Below are positions 35,488-48,364 of a stretch of 64,000 nt of DNA, one piece after another. Within the stretch, counting starts at the first letter, position 1; every line of letters starts with the position of its first letter. Below the pieces are notes generated by a model. The model ran no database searches. It was given only the letters and a program-made list of their open reading frames with translations, and was not told the DNA's origin. This stretch comes from Octopus bimaculoides (Eukaryota): the NCBI RefSeq assembly GCF_001194135.2, contig NC_068983.1, forward strand, positions 99,445,535 to 99,509,534, read 5' to 3'. A program made the position numbers and the translations under genes.

Positions 35488-35704
35488 CCCTTTAAACTGG
35501 TCATAACCAGTCGAAATATTCTGCCTCTTTTATGTTCAAACTGGGTCTGATCCAACATCTCACGCCTCCCTTACATCAATCTCATTCTAAAAATAAAGAA
35601 TTACATCGTCGAAACCTCGAAGCTATGAAATAATGCATGATTAATTCAAAACAATGTGAATAAATAAGCATTAAATTTGACAGAGTAATCTGAATGCCAA
35701 AGGG
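35488..35704 (-). mobile_element. piggyBac-like MITE (family B), inverted copy
   Basis: TTAA|cccttt...tgccaaaggg; reverse complement of 35120-35333. Confidence 0.7.
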
Positions 35705-36059
35705 TGAAGAAGACCAAAGTAAGGCCTGACTTGTCACATAGTGCTAAAGATCAAACGCATTACTTCAATGCATTCCATTGATTAATATTAATAAATCAAA
35801 ACTTTTGGACTGCATTCTCTGCAGATTAGTAATTTAAATAATGATTAGTAAGTTAAATAATGATTTTTCTCACCACTGATGTAATTTTAGGCTTAGTATA
35901 CTTTAATTCGATGGGGAACAACTCTAACAGATGACAAAAATAAGACAATTTCAAGGAAGGTAACTCTTCTCTTTTTGCAAAAAGTGATTATCTTAACCAG
36001 AAATTATTATCAGAGTGGTAAGATCTATACGAAGCAAGATTGGCAAAGGATTAGACAAA

Positions 36060-36445
36060 TAAATGACTTTTGTGATAAGAATCCCAATCACATGTTTCCA
36101 GCTTCAGTCCCACTACGTGGCGTCTTGGGTAGCTTTTTACGATAGATGCTGGCCGACTAAAGACTTGTGAGTGGAAAAGATAGACGGAAACTGAAAGAAG
36201 TTCAACGTGTGGGTGTGCGTGTGTGTTTGCGTGCGTGTACAGATAATATATATAGATGTGTGCTTGTGTTTGTCCCCATCACTAACAGATGTTAGTTAGT
36301 TTATGTCCTGTAATCTAAAGGTTTGGCAAAAAGAGACCAATAGAATAAGTACTGAGGTCGATTTTTTCAACTATAACCCCTCAAGTCAGTGCCCCAGCAT
36401 GGCCACAGTCCAATGACTGAAACAAGTAAAAGATTAGAGATAAAA
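36060..36445 (+). mobile_element. tRNA-headed SINE (major family)
   Basis: family similarity. Confidence 0.78.
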
Positions 36446-36493
36446 AGAAAGACGTATGAATGCAATAATTAGTTATATTTTTCCCACATCCTT

Positions 36494-37015
36494 ATTACAT
36501 GGAAAAATGCGAGCATGAAAAGTAATATTCTTAAGATTATGAACCTGGAAAAGTACAGAACAAGTTATTACACCTGTAAAAGTATAGGACAAGCTATTAC
36601 TTCTAGTAAAGTAAAGAATAAGAAATGTTTTACTTAAAATATTGCCGCAAAGAATGCCAGTTCTTCTAATTTATCGCTCTTTACAATTCTCATCTTTTAA
36701 ATTTATTGTACAAAACCGTTCAGCTAATTTGTAAGTGTGTCTAATTAGTCACTTTTTTCTGTATTTAAGGTAGTAAATTAGCCAAATTCTACTTAAACAA
36801 GTATAGTGTTATTTGTAAACTATAATAAAATAAGTTTTAATATTCAAATTTTAATTTTAGCGGCAATATTTTAAAGTAAAAAGTTTCTTATTCTTTACTT
36901 TACTAGAAGTAATAGCTTGTCCTATACTTTTACATATATAATAACTTGTCCTGTAGTTTTCTAGGTTTATTATCTTAAGAATATGACTTTTCATGCACGC
37001 ATTTTTCCATGTAAT
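36494..37015. mobile_element. MITE-like fold-back, about 155-bp arms
   Basis: attacatggaaaaatgcg...aatattgccgc (36494-36648) is the reverse complement of 36860-37015; no TSD recognised. Confidence 0.7.
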
Positions 37016-38424
37016 CCATGATTTTTCAGGCATGGTTGCTATAAGATAATTAATAATGTGTCAACTAATAATTTAAGATTTTACCTTATGAAATACTGAA
37101 AGATAATATTTCAGTCTTTCCATCAAAGTGATGATAATATTTCGATTTTTTTCATGTTTAATTTAAATACATGTTGTGATTGAATCATTTGATATTACCC
37201 ATCCACACCAAATTATGGCAGGGATTTTTACAAAGTTGTTGGTTGCACCATGGTTCACCAAAAGTTACAAACAACAAGACCCCAAAACCATCAGTTATCA
37301 GGCTCACCTTAAGCAACCTAATTTTGCAATATTAGGAGGTCAAGGTACTTGATTCCATGCAAAAAAATCATTTTTTTTTCTTAGTGAAAATCGTGCAGGT
37401 GTTAATATAGAAATTGACCACAATGTTGTTATTTAGTCTCAAATCAACCTTGATACTGCAAACCTATCATCAAAGACATTCCAGCCTTCGGCAAACCGTC
37501 TTTTTAGGGATAATCTAGGATATTACATACAATGGGCGTGTAATTTAGGTAGGGGAATACTTTGGCTGCTATTTTTAGCGTGTCGAGCGAACAGGTAGAA
37601 GCTCTTTCATTGGTTTGATTGCGTGATGAGATTTTTTTAAACATATAATACGTATATATATCATCAGTAGAAGTTAGAGTATAAGTCAAAAGTCGAGAGT
37701 TTCGTGTATTGGCACTTATCAAACACGAATTTGTCCATTGCCACTCTGTAGCTTCTGACGAAATAACTTCTAAAATACAAAATTTTGTCAAAAACGTTAA
37801 TGTGTTCTATGTGACACATTCTACCAGTATCGGAAGTTTGAAAGTGTTTAGTTTAAAAAAATTAATTAAATAATCTGTACGTCTAATTGAATATATCCGA
37901 AATGGATGAAAAGCAAAGTCGACCTCAGCGGAATTTGAACTCAGAACGTAAAGACAGACGAAATACCGCTACTAAAATACAAAATTTTGTCAAAAACGTT
38001 AAGAATAAGCCCTATTCTATGTGACACATTCTACCAGTATCGGAAGTTTGAAAGTGTTTAATTAAAAAAGAAAATAATTAAATAATCTGTACGTCAAAGT
38101 TGACCTCGGAGAAATTTGAACCCAAAACAAAAAGACACGAAATACCATTAAACATTTGGCGCGGCGCGCTAACCAGTTCGCCGTCTTAGAACGTAAACAT
38201 TCACTTTAGAAATATATTCTTTATTCTTATTGCTTAAGCGTTACTTCTTACTTCTTTACTTACCGATATTAAATTTTGTAACATTTTACCTCATAACTGT
38301 TTTTCTACTAATTTTTGTCCAATGCGACTGTAGTGAAACCTCTCTCTCGGGTATTCAATCATAAACGATAACGAAGTGGCTAACATCTAGCCTTCGGCTG
38401 CCTTGGACCCTTCTGGCCATCACC

Positions 38425-38620
38425 CTGATTGGTTCTCATTTGCGCGGCAATTGTCCCCAGTTTTGCTTCGCGCCAGGGTACATACCGTCCAATCGTGGCC
38501 TTCAGATAAGGTCACGTGAGAGAGAGTTTTTCTTCGTTTCCAGTGAGTCCTATTTCATCTATAAATAAGCCCGATCCAACGCCGCCGGTCGTCTTCGATT
38601 CTTGATCTCTCACAGGTCTG
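38425..38620 (+). promoter_or_regulatory. Promoter-like motif cluster in a CpG-rich patch
   Basis: ATTGG 38428, CCAAT 38489, GTCACGTGA E-box 38511, TATAAAT 38560. Confidence 0.35.
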
Positions 38621-39449
38621 GTCGCTGACCACACATACAGAACACAGCTACAGCTGTGTTGGTATATTAATCAACTAGGGACAGACTAATTAATGAAGCA
38701 ATCACTCTATGTCACCGACAAATAATAACTATTTTAGAAACGTTATGAAAAAATACCTTCAGCGTTCTGCAAGAGAAACAGAACAAGCTGGGACGCTTAA
38801 GTTCATATCAGATCCTATTAAACGCACATAGACTTGGGCAGAACAATTTTAGTTCTTCAAAGTGAAATATTGGATCACTGAAGATGCACAATCAATTCAT
38901 AGTCAGTGCTAATGCTCTTTCTTTCTCCCCATCTATGTGTGTGTGTATACACACACACACACACACACGCGTTTGTTTTTCTTGTTTGCATCACCAAGCC
39001 TATATATGTATGCATACATACATATACACACGCGCGAGTTATTTCGAATAATTGAATCTGAGACGTGATAACTCCAAAACTCAAAATAAAATTCTAAAAT
39101 GATGGGAAAACATATGTTTAGCGCTGAGGTAGGTTCGATTTCTGCAAAGCAAGCGCGCAAGTTTTTTCGTCAGCCAGTTTCAATAAACAAGACATCAGAA
39201 ATTGCACGACACTACCACATAAGAACGCAGTTTCCGAATGAACGAAAAATTATTTTGGACTTGCTAACCGCTTTCATTTGATATTTAGTTTTATTTCTGA
39301 ATGAAGCACATGGGCAATAATATTTGAATTACTATAATGGCTTGTCAGTTGCAAGATAATTCCATTTTTTGTGGAACTACTTCAAACCAAACACGTACCA
39401 TATCTAATTCGTAAAGAAATTTTTTAAAAGAAAAGAAAACAGACTGAAA

Positions 39450-39850
39450 GTGAAATAACCCCCGGAGATGCTTTTCTCCGTGTAGAAACTGCAGGAGCTA
39501 CTCAGAGGTTTTGCAAGTTCAAAATCAATAGCAATGTTAGAAACCCTTCCGTATCATCAGCAGATATCTCAAGGTCACAAGCGTTTCGCCCCTTAGCCTA
39601 TATGCTTCGAGGACTGAATTGGTCTTCGCCTGTGAAAGGGTTCCACTTGCGGTCACGTATCAACTATAGCCACGTTGATTCAGCTGCCATGCCTTGGTAG
39701 CGTTCTTCAATCGATTGGGTTTCAGACTAATCTTCTGCAGGAAACAGCGCATCGATCTTGCTGGAAAGCTGCAGCAGTCGACTTCAATAGGGAATGAAGC
39801 CGTGTGCCATCACTTGACAAGGCTCTCGTTGATCAAGGTTTGATATTTGG
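39450..39850 (-). mobile_element. Possible highly decayed L1/Tx1 RT fragment
   Basis: minus-strand reading gives LDQ-x8-HGF, a QGxPLSP-like segment (EDQFSP) and ADD in RT order; weak. Confidence 0.3.
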
Positions 39851-42800
39851 TTTTCTTTTGCTACTGAAAAATATCGAGTCTGTTCTCCCAGGGTACTCCA
39901 CGATGAAATAGTACATGGCTTAAGGGACACAACCAAACATCTGAGCCTATACGTTGTCTATTAAGAGCTTATAGTACCTAATATTCATTTGAGGTATATA
40001 TAATGATTTTTCGACAAAAATTTGGAATCGTGCCATCGGAGCTGTCAGGCGATGTCTGGCTGAAAAGTTGAAGCGTCAGATACCACAGGGTATTCAATTG
40101 CATCCTCTATGTTTTATGTTCAAATTCAGTGCTTTACCCCGTATAATCGATAAAATAAATAGATGTCAAGTACTCAAGTCTGCAAAATTAGTTATAAACT
40201 TCCTCTCAAAATGTGTAGCATTGGGTTAAAGAAATCCTTATTTAACTGAACTGAAGAGCAATAGTTGGTAGAATCATTAGAGTAAGCGACAAACATTAGT
40301 GACAACTTTTGGTATTTAGTATTCACATCATGTCGGTGTCTATAGAGTAAGTACCAGTCCTAAACTGGGTCATTTCAATCGGTTATAGGCCACCGAAAAC
40401 TGTAACCTTAATATTTATGTTGAAAATCTTTATTTGAAATGTATTATCTGCTCTAAGTTTTGAATAAGGGATAGCATAATTGATAAACTGGAAACTTAAA
40501 GTCGTTTAGATTTTCAATGTATTAGTCATATTGATTAACCTTTTCCTTGTGATGTCTCATCATACTAGCTGTGCATTTCCTAACGTGTCTAACTCGTGTA
40601 CAAGGTTTTTAAAGGGTCAATAAAACTTGATCGAAGTAGTATATAATTTACGGGAAACAATCCAACTTGATAGCATAATTAATTTAGTGGTATGAATAAA
40701 TAAAACCAGTGTCATGTAAACAGATATCAACAAACGGCTTATTGTAACAATTTATTTTCAGTTGTAAAATGCTGATCAACCAAAGAGGCGCGTTAAATTA
40801 ATTCTTTTGTAGAACGTGTCGTTTAAAAGTCGTCTGTTTGCAGTGTTTTTTTGTTTTTCACGGTGGAACATCAAACGATTCGAACCATTTAATCAAACAT
40901 CTCATTTTCATGTAAGTCCACATATGTCATGATTTTCTTTACATCATTTGTCATTTTCTATTACTATAAGTCTTTGAATTCAGCGACTCTTACAATAAAT
41001 ATTATAAACAGGTATTTTTTGAAAGAAAGATCATAAATATTATATTTAACACCAGGAACATTTGATTTTGTTTTATAACTACATTGCTTTTCTTTACGCT
41101 TCTTTTTCTAATTAGTTCGGAGTGAAGTTTCTAAGCAACCGTAACTTATTAAATATCACTGATTACTACTTCACCTAAATATAAAACCTCTTTCATACTT
41201 AGCCTTGTATCTTGGGAAATAAAATATGTATTTCTCTGTGTTGGTGACTGCTGTAGTTAATCTCTTAGTTAACTATATTCACTCTACGAATAGTTTTTTA
41301 ATTTCCAGCTGTAGGCATTTCATTTTGTTTCACGTTAAATACCTCCGGGGAAGAAAAGCAGGTATGTGGTATAACCTCATTTCCACTCTCCTACAAATCA
41401 CTAATGGACAAAAATGCATACATACATATAAAATTGACCGGTAGTATAATCTATATTTCGGTTTGAGACCCAACACCACTTCGTCTTTACTAGCACACTT
41501 AAAATGTTACGTCCATGTAACTCAGGTATCGATGTTTGCGGCTATGTGCATGCTCTGCGCGCATCTGTGAGCGAGCTGATCTGAGACAGAAATGGTATTT
41601 CCTTTGTTCACTGGTACCAACCTAGGGTTTTTTTTCGTAATGCATTTCACTTACACTCACAAACGAGAGCCATTACGCGTAACGCTGCCAGACATACTTC
41701 AATGAACAGACATCTCCCAATATAGACAAGAGCTAAGAGTATTTTTTATCATCGACCCAGACACATTCTCTACAAATCGTTTCTAAAAACCATTTTGTGT
41801 TTCCGCTTCGGTAAATTTTGGTAAGTGCACTCGCACGCGTTTCACTAAAAAGAAAGAAAGAAAGAAAACCTCAGATTTTTTGCGTGGTATCGAGTATCCT
41901 GACCTCCTAATGTGACGCTAACCCCATATTTTTGTTCAGAAAAAAGGGGTGTGTGTAACCTTATCCGTTTTTTTTTCCGTCCTTGTTTTTGTGTACATTC
42001 GCTGCTTTCTTCCAAGGATTGGTGTAATCTCGAGTATAACCAGCCGAAATTGCAAAGATAATCTGGAACTTGACTGAGGAAAGAAAACTCCGAATGACCC
42101 GTCCTTGTTTTCTTTGTATCGTCTATCTGGATGTTTTGTTGTCCTTTCTTGTATCACCTGTCTGCATGTTTTGCGTTCTTGTCCCATTTCACACACACAC
42201 ACATANNNNNNNNNNNNNNNNNNNNNNNNNNNNNNNNNNNNNNNNNNNNNNNNNNNNNNNNNNNNNNNNNNNNNNNNNNNNNNNNNNNNNNNNNNNNNNN
42301 NNNNNNNNNNNNNNNNNNNNNNNNNNNNNNNNNNNNNNNNNNNNNNNNNNNNNNNNNNNNNNNNNNNNNNNNNNNNNNNNNNNNNNNNNNNNNNNNNNNN
42401 NNNNNNNNNNNNNNNNNNNNNNNNNNNNNNNNNNNNGGCAGTTTTAGAAGAAGAAAAAATCACTTTTGCTTTGCGTATTTCCGACTGAAACTCTAATTAG
42501 GTTTCACTTTTTTGTGTGTGGAGAGAGAGAATAAAAGATTTCTTACTATAAAGAAATGATTTAAAATATATATATATTAATTGTTGTGTGAGAATATATA
42601 TATATTCTGATATTGTATCTTTTAAAAACATCCTTAATTTAGACTAAATCTTGTATTTAAAACAAAACATTTATTTTATTTTCCACAGTACTGTGTGTGT
42701 GAAAATAAGAAAACAGCATTTGTGGAGTTGAAAGAAATGGGGGTGGGGTAATTTAAAAATGCCGATTTTTGCCAATTTTTTTGCAGATTTGTATTCCCCG

Positions 42801-44224
42801 TAGTGGGGTTTGTATATAAAAAAAAGAATTTTAAGGGTGGTTTGTGTGGGGGTGGAAGTCTTGCCAAGTGAAGTTTTTATAATAGAAATTCTTAATTTTA
42901 ATAACTTTCTCATCATTATCATTATAAGACATGGTAGGAAATCAACTTACCACCACGTCTAATATTAAAAAAAAATTTCATGGGGGTGTACAAAAGGAAC
43001 TCTTTCCGTATCACCTGACACTTCGGTGAGACGAGTTGCCAACGTTGACAAGAACTTTGCGGTTAGTGGCATAATCCCTACGAACGTCTCAAACGCCACA
43101 GGTTAGAAAAGCTAGTTCATTGTCATGTCTCGATACTTCAGGGTTTTCTTTCGTTCGGCTACGGAAGCAGTGACCCTCCCATTAACTGCAGGATGTAGGA
43201 GGAAGCAAAGGAGTCGCAGACTGCGGCGTCTCAAATAAAACATCTACCTCTAACCCAGGGACAGAGATAAAGACCATCTGGTCTCTTTCCATCACTTCTG
43301 GATAACCCCCAACGGCTCAAAAACTGTTGACCTTGTACCAAAATTTGAAATCAATATTTAATTAAAGGACAAATTCATTGAAATATCGACAAATGTAAAG
43401 TTTGAACCATAGATTCATAAATATCATCTGAGACTCATCAGTCTTTCTTAAATTAAACAAGGCAAAAGAAAGAGCATGGACATCTTTTGCTGGGGTTGTT
43501 TAGATTATCGGGAATCACAAAGCTGACAGTTGTCGCGAATTGGTAGATAACATGCTGAAATCTTGGGACAAATAAATAAAAATTAAAGGGAAGTAGGAAG
43601 TCTCTAAAAATTCCTTCGTTGTGTTATATCCTAGACTTCTTCCCTGACAACTTTGGGACTGTAAGCGACGGGTATTAGCGAGCGTTTCGCCCCAGCAAAT
43701 CTCCGTTATGGAAAGTAGATATCAAAGCAATTTTGGTTGGAATATTGATAGTTCGTGCAGAAAGGGAGCTATTTATACCACAAATACAAAAGAAGAAACT
43801 ACAACATAAATAATAAAAATAAAAATTCAGCGACTTAATGTCTACACGGTAGATGGTTGGGAGCAAGATTGGTGACTCACCAGTGAAACTAACTCCATTG
43901 TCTGGCATGACTAACATCAAACATCGCACACACAAATAACATAACCTGGTCATGGACTAGAAGCTGGGGAAAGAAAAGGAAAAGTGGAATGTTTTGGGGG
44001 TTATATAACATCTAGAGACTAGGGGAAATAGGTTATCAGATTTGAATTTGGCTTCACCGATTTAATTGAAAACGATAGTTTCCTTGTCTGTAAAAGAAAA
44101 AAAAAACAATTCCTAAGTTTGTTGCCTTGATTAATTAATGTTATTTATGAAAAAGTAAATGACTTCTAATTTACTATTGAAGTGAAACCACACAGAAACA
44201 CCTTTTTAACCAAATCGTCTCACC

Positions 44225-44400
44225 ATGAACGGGGTGTGCACTCAGAGTAAAGAAAGTTTACCTGTTATTGAGGAAGTCTCTCAACTGAATGAACCAAAAG
44301 TAGATGAAATTGAAGAATTGAAAGAAATGCTTAAACTGAGTCAAGCTGAAACTGGAAGAGTTCTTGAACAATTAAATAACCTAATTCTCCTTATAAAATT
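44225..44400 (+). CDS. Uncharacterised gene, coding exon 1 (coiled-coil-like N-terminus)
   Basis: caccATG Kozak context; MNGVCTQ...EELKEMLKLSQAETGRVLEQLNNLILLIK; donor gtatgt; phase 2. Confidence 0.75.
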
Positions 44401-45137
44401 GTATGTAATATTATCGTTTGTTCATTCTTCTTGGTCTGTTTATATTTATTCGTTGTAGTCGACGTAACATAGTTTCACATCATTAGTATATGGTGTTACA
44501 GCCGAGATGTAATATCCTCGCATGAATAGTTTAAAACTGCCATTCTTTATTGTTTGATCGCTTTATTAACGATTACTTCGTCAATCTCACTGGGACGACG
44601 ACAGCGTTATCCCTACTTACTTCTTATGGCTGTTTGTAAATAGTGTCTTAAGAAGTTGCGTTAATTTATACGCAGCACGGGTTTGGGGTATTATCTATGG
44701 TGTTGTTTATTTTTCTCTTTTGGTAGTAAAACCGCGAGACCATTATCTACGGTTAGTTTTTCTCGAACGTGACATCATGCATTACTGGTCGATCTTTGGT
44801 TTTAGGTACATATTTCTGCTGTATTGATAATGAAAGTAAATCAATCCGGGGAAAAGCAGAAAAACAAATATGATAATTACGGTATCTCTCTAATTTCAAA
44901 ACATTCATTTAACTTATGTCTTTTTTTTATATAATGACATTTGTTCAGGATTTTTGCTACAAAAATTATAACTTGGGATATACCTTAAGCAATAATGTTA
45001 AAATCATTAACAATTATCTTACACATAATGAAATCGTTAAACTAAATGAGATAAAAATACTTTAATTATTTAGTATAACATACTGTTAATGCACCATTAG
45101 CATAAGGGTAACTTTTGGTTTTCTTGTTCCATTCTAG

Positions 45138-45187
45138 GTCTTGGAATGGCGATGTTGAAGCCACTACTCATATTTCAAAGATTATTG
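45138..45187 (+). CDS. Uncharacterised gene, coding exon 2
   Basis: ttctag|...|gtgagt; SWNGDVEATTHISKII; phase 2 to 1 matches neighbours. Confidence 0.75.
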
Positions 45188-45950
45188 GTGAGTTATTGTG
45201 ATTGTTATAGTTATCATACAGATAATTTGGGAAAATATGTATTTGAGTTTTATTTAGATTTTTTTGTGGTGGTAGTGGGATTTGTATTTAAATTGGTAAG
45301 TTGGTATGTATATGTCTCTAATAATCCTCACATTACTTTGTCTAAAATCACTGTTGCCGTCGAATCATTAACAATAATATTTAATATTGCGGTTTCAAAT
45401 TCCGCCAAGGTTGATTGACATTTGCCTTTCATCCTTTTGTGGTTGATAAAATAAGTATCAGTCAAACATTTGAGATGGCGTAATTGACTTACCCACTCTC
45501 CCGAAATTGCTGACCTTGTGACAAAGGCAGATAGCTAACAGAATTGTTAGAATGTTAGTGGCATTTCTTCCAGCTCTTTACGTTCTGAGTTCAGATTCTG
45601 CCAAGGTTAACTTTGCCCTTCATCATTCCAGGGTGAATAAAATAAGTACCTGTTGAGCTCTGGTGTTGATGTAATCGACTAACCCACTTCACTAAAATTT
45701 CAGGCATTAGTTGACCCAGGGCTAGAGTAAAAGATATTTGTCCAAAGTGCTATGCCGTGGGACTGAACACGAAACCACATGGTTGTAAAGGTAGTTTCTA
45801 AGATATCAATACCTACAAATATTGCTTTTGTATATGCTTAACAGAAAACGTTTCAAAATGTCTTATGTTTACTGCTTTCTGTTTTCTGTTTCAATTTCGA
45901 TTTGATTTGACTAATATTTTTGTTTTTAATTCTGTGCCTTATTTACAAAG

Positions 45951-45991
45951 GAAGAGAAAATACACTTAATGGAAGATGGCCAGATCAAAAA
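45951..45991 (+). CDS. Uncharacterised gene, coding exon 3
   Basis: tacaaag|...|gtaagt; RENTLNGRWPDQK; phase 1 to 0. Confidence 0.7.
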
Positions 45992-46340
45992 GTAAGTGTT
46001 TTTCTGAAAATTTTTGAAGTTCATTACGATAAGCCTCATTATTAATTCAAATCCGCGCTCTCTCTCTCTCTCTCTCTCCCTCTCTCTCCCTCTCCCTCCC
46101 ACTCTCTCTTTAGGTCTCCCTCTGTGCACACATATATATGGTAATGTGTGTGTGTATGATACAACCGCGTACAATCAAGAGATTGAAAATCTACTTTCTC
46201 TATCACCAATACTTCTGATACAACCAATCTTTATAATCATGGCACAGATAACACTATAGAATATAGCACATACAAGAATGATGAATCAGACAGACCTACC
46301 TTAAGCCCTCATAGATTTTTTAGTTACACCTATAGTAATA

Positions 46341-47570
46341 TGAGGGTAAGCTGAAAAGTTTATAGGCTGACTGAAGGAGTGATACTAGAGCTTTCAACTC
46401 TTCTTATTAACAACTGCATTGTTTCTTTCCAGGTAAACTGACATCTGACTGTTCAAAGAAGACTTCAAAAATAACTAGCAGCAACTTCTTTTGAAAATGG
46501 ACAAAATTTGGCATCCTGGTGTTACCAAATACTTGCAGAAAAAGGGCTTAGCCCCCAAAGACATTCATGCTGACATGGTTGTTATGTTAGGGGATGATGC
46601 TCCAGCTTTATCAATAGTGCAAAAGTGGGCGGCTGAATATAGGAGTGAAAAGGAGAGTCTTGAAGATGACCCAAGGTCTAGCCATACTGCGACTACCTTC
46701 AACATCAAAAACATTGACTGTGTTCACCACATGGTTATGAATGACAGCAGTTGACTATAGCCAATGCTATTAACATATCTCATGTGAGATTTGAGAATAT
46801 TCTGCACAGTGAATTTGGCATGATGAAGGTTTCTGCTTGGTGGGTGCCACATCTAATATCTGATCAAAGGCACATCATGCTGATCACATCACAGGAAAAT
46901 CTGACATTGTTTGAGGAAAAGCAACTGGTTTTCTTGAATGGTTCCTAACCCAGGATGAGTGTTGGGTTCATCACTTTGAGCCAGAGACAAAGAGACAATC
47001 TATGCTGTGGAAGCACCCCTCCTCACCTGTTCCAAAGAAAGTCAAGAGTGTTTTATCTGTAAGGAAGGTGATGACCTCTGTTTTTTGGGATGCAAAAGAT
47101 ATTGTATTTATTGACTGTCTTCAAAAAGGCCACCCCATCAATGATGAGTATTATGCTAACTTGCTGAGGCAGGTATGAAATGTTATCAAGACCAAATGCC
47201 AAGGAAAACTGATGATAGGGTTCGTGTTTCATCAGGACAATGCTCCAGCACAAAAATCTTTGGTTTCAATGGCTACTGTATGTGACTGGCTTTTAACTGG
47301 TTGGTCACCCTTCTTATTTTCATCTGTTCCCGAACATGTGAAAACAGTTGGCTGGTAACCAGTATCACAATGATGACGACGTCATATCTGCTGTTGATGA
47401 CTTTTTTTGCCAAACAGAATGAAAGCTTTTTTCACCAATGGGATCCATGCACTGTGACACCAATGGAAGAGGTGTGGGAACCTCGTGTGGGGGGGGGGGN
47501 NNNNNNNNNGTTGAAAAAATAAACCACATTTGGTAACATTCCATGAAAGTAACTTTTCAGCCAACCCTCG
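46341..47570 (+). mobile_element. Mariner transposon relic (second family)
   Basis: TA-flanked TIRs (t/c)gagggt..gctgaaaagtt; ORF fragments SLEDDPRS, WVPHL, TQDECWVHH, FHQDNAP; many stops. Confidence 0.92.
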
Positions 47571-47861
47571 TATGCATGTGTGTGTGTGTGTGTATATATC
47601 ATCATCATCGTCGTTTAACATCCACCTTCTATGCTGGCATGGGTTGGACAGCTTGACAGGAGCCTGAACCAAACTTCTTTGTCTGTTTTGGCAGGGTTTT
47701 TACAATTGGATACTGTCAACTTAATGTGACAGTCCCAATAAGGGAATATACTACTGCTATTTAGCCCTAGGAAGCTGGACCACTTCCTGTCGGCCTTGAC
47801 ACATTTCCTGTGTCCTTATGTTTACGAGGGGGAGACAAGCACCTCCACCCAGCTTAGCCTG

Positions 47862-47907
47862 CATTCAGAGACATGTTTCTGAGTTTTTGCTCATCATCAG
47901 CTTGAAG
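47862..47907 (-). ncRNA. Compact type I hammerhead ribozyme motif
   Basis: minus strand: uucaag CUGAUGA ugag caaaaa cuca GAAA caug uc ucugaa. Confidence 0.72.
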
Positions 47908-48104
47908 TAGCATGGCCAGCTGGCTGAAGAAGTCTGTCAAGTTGACAGTATACAACTACTTCATCGCATCACTACTGCTTAAGTCTCTCTGTGAGATTTT
48001 AAAATGTATTATTTCTAATTTTTGTAATTAGTGAATGTGTTTCACTGAAATAATATACCTTTACGAGAGCTTGACAGACTTCTTCAGCCAGCTGGCCATG
48101 CTAC

Positions 48105-48147
48105 TTCAAGCTGATGATGAGCAAAAACTCAGAAACATGTCTCTAAA
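48105..48147 (+). ncRNA. Compact type I hammerhead ribozyme motif
   Basis: CUGAUGA 48111-48117, UGAG/CUCA stem II, GAAA 48132-48135, ACAUGU palindromic stem III, GUC 48139-48141. Confidence 0.68.
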
Positions 48148-48313
48148 TGCAGGCTAAGATGGGTGGAGGTGCTTGTCTCCCCCTCGTAAACATAAGGACA
48201 CAGGAAATGTGTCAAGGCCGACAGGAAGCAGTCCAGCTTCCTAGGGCTAAATGGCAGTAATATATTCCCTTATTGGGACTGTCACGTTAAGTTGACAGTA
48301 TACAACTACATTT

Positions 48314-48364
<51 letters not shown>

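Larger units (their letters stand above)
47710..48309 (+). repeat. Fold-back element, 232-bp arms (47710-47941 / 48070-48301), HHR in each arm
   Basis: about 7 mismatches by manual count; 19-bp direct repeat gttgacagtatacaactac at 47941 and 48291; followed by (TA)n. Confidence 0.9.

Noticed and set aside
39099-39281. 60-aa ORF in the intergenic CpG-rich region
   Set aside because: No recognisable motif and no flanking splice support
42070-42105. ctgagga aagaaaactcc gaat gacccgtc hammerhead-like string
   Set aside because: GAAU instead of GAAA, stem II out of register and no stem I pairing; at best a decayed relic
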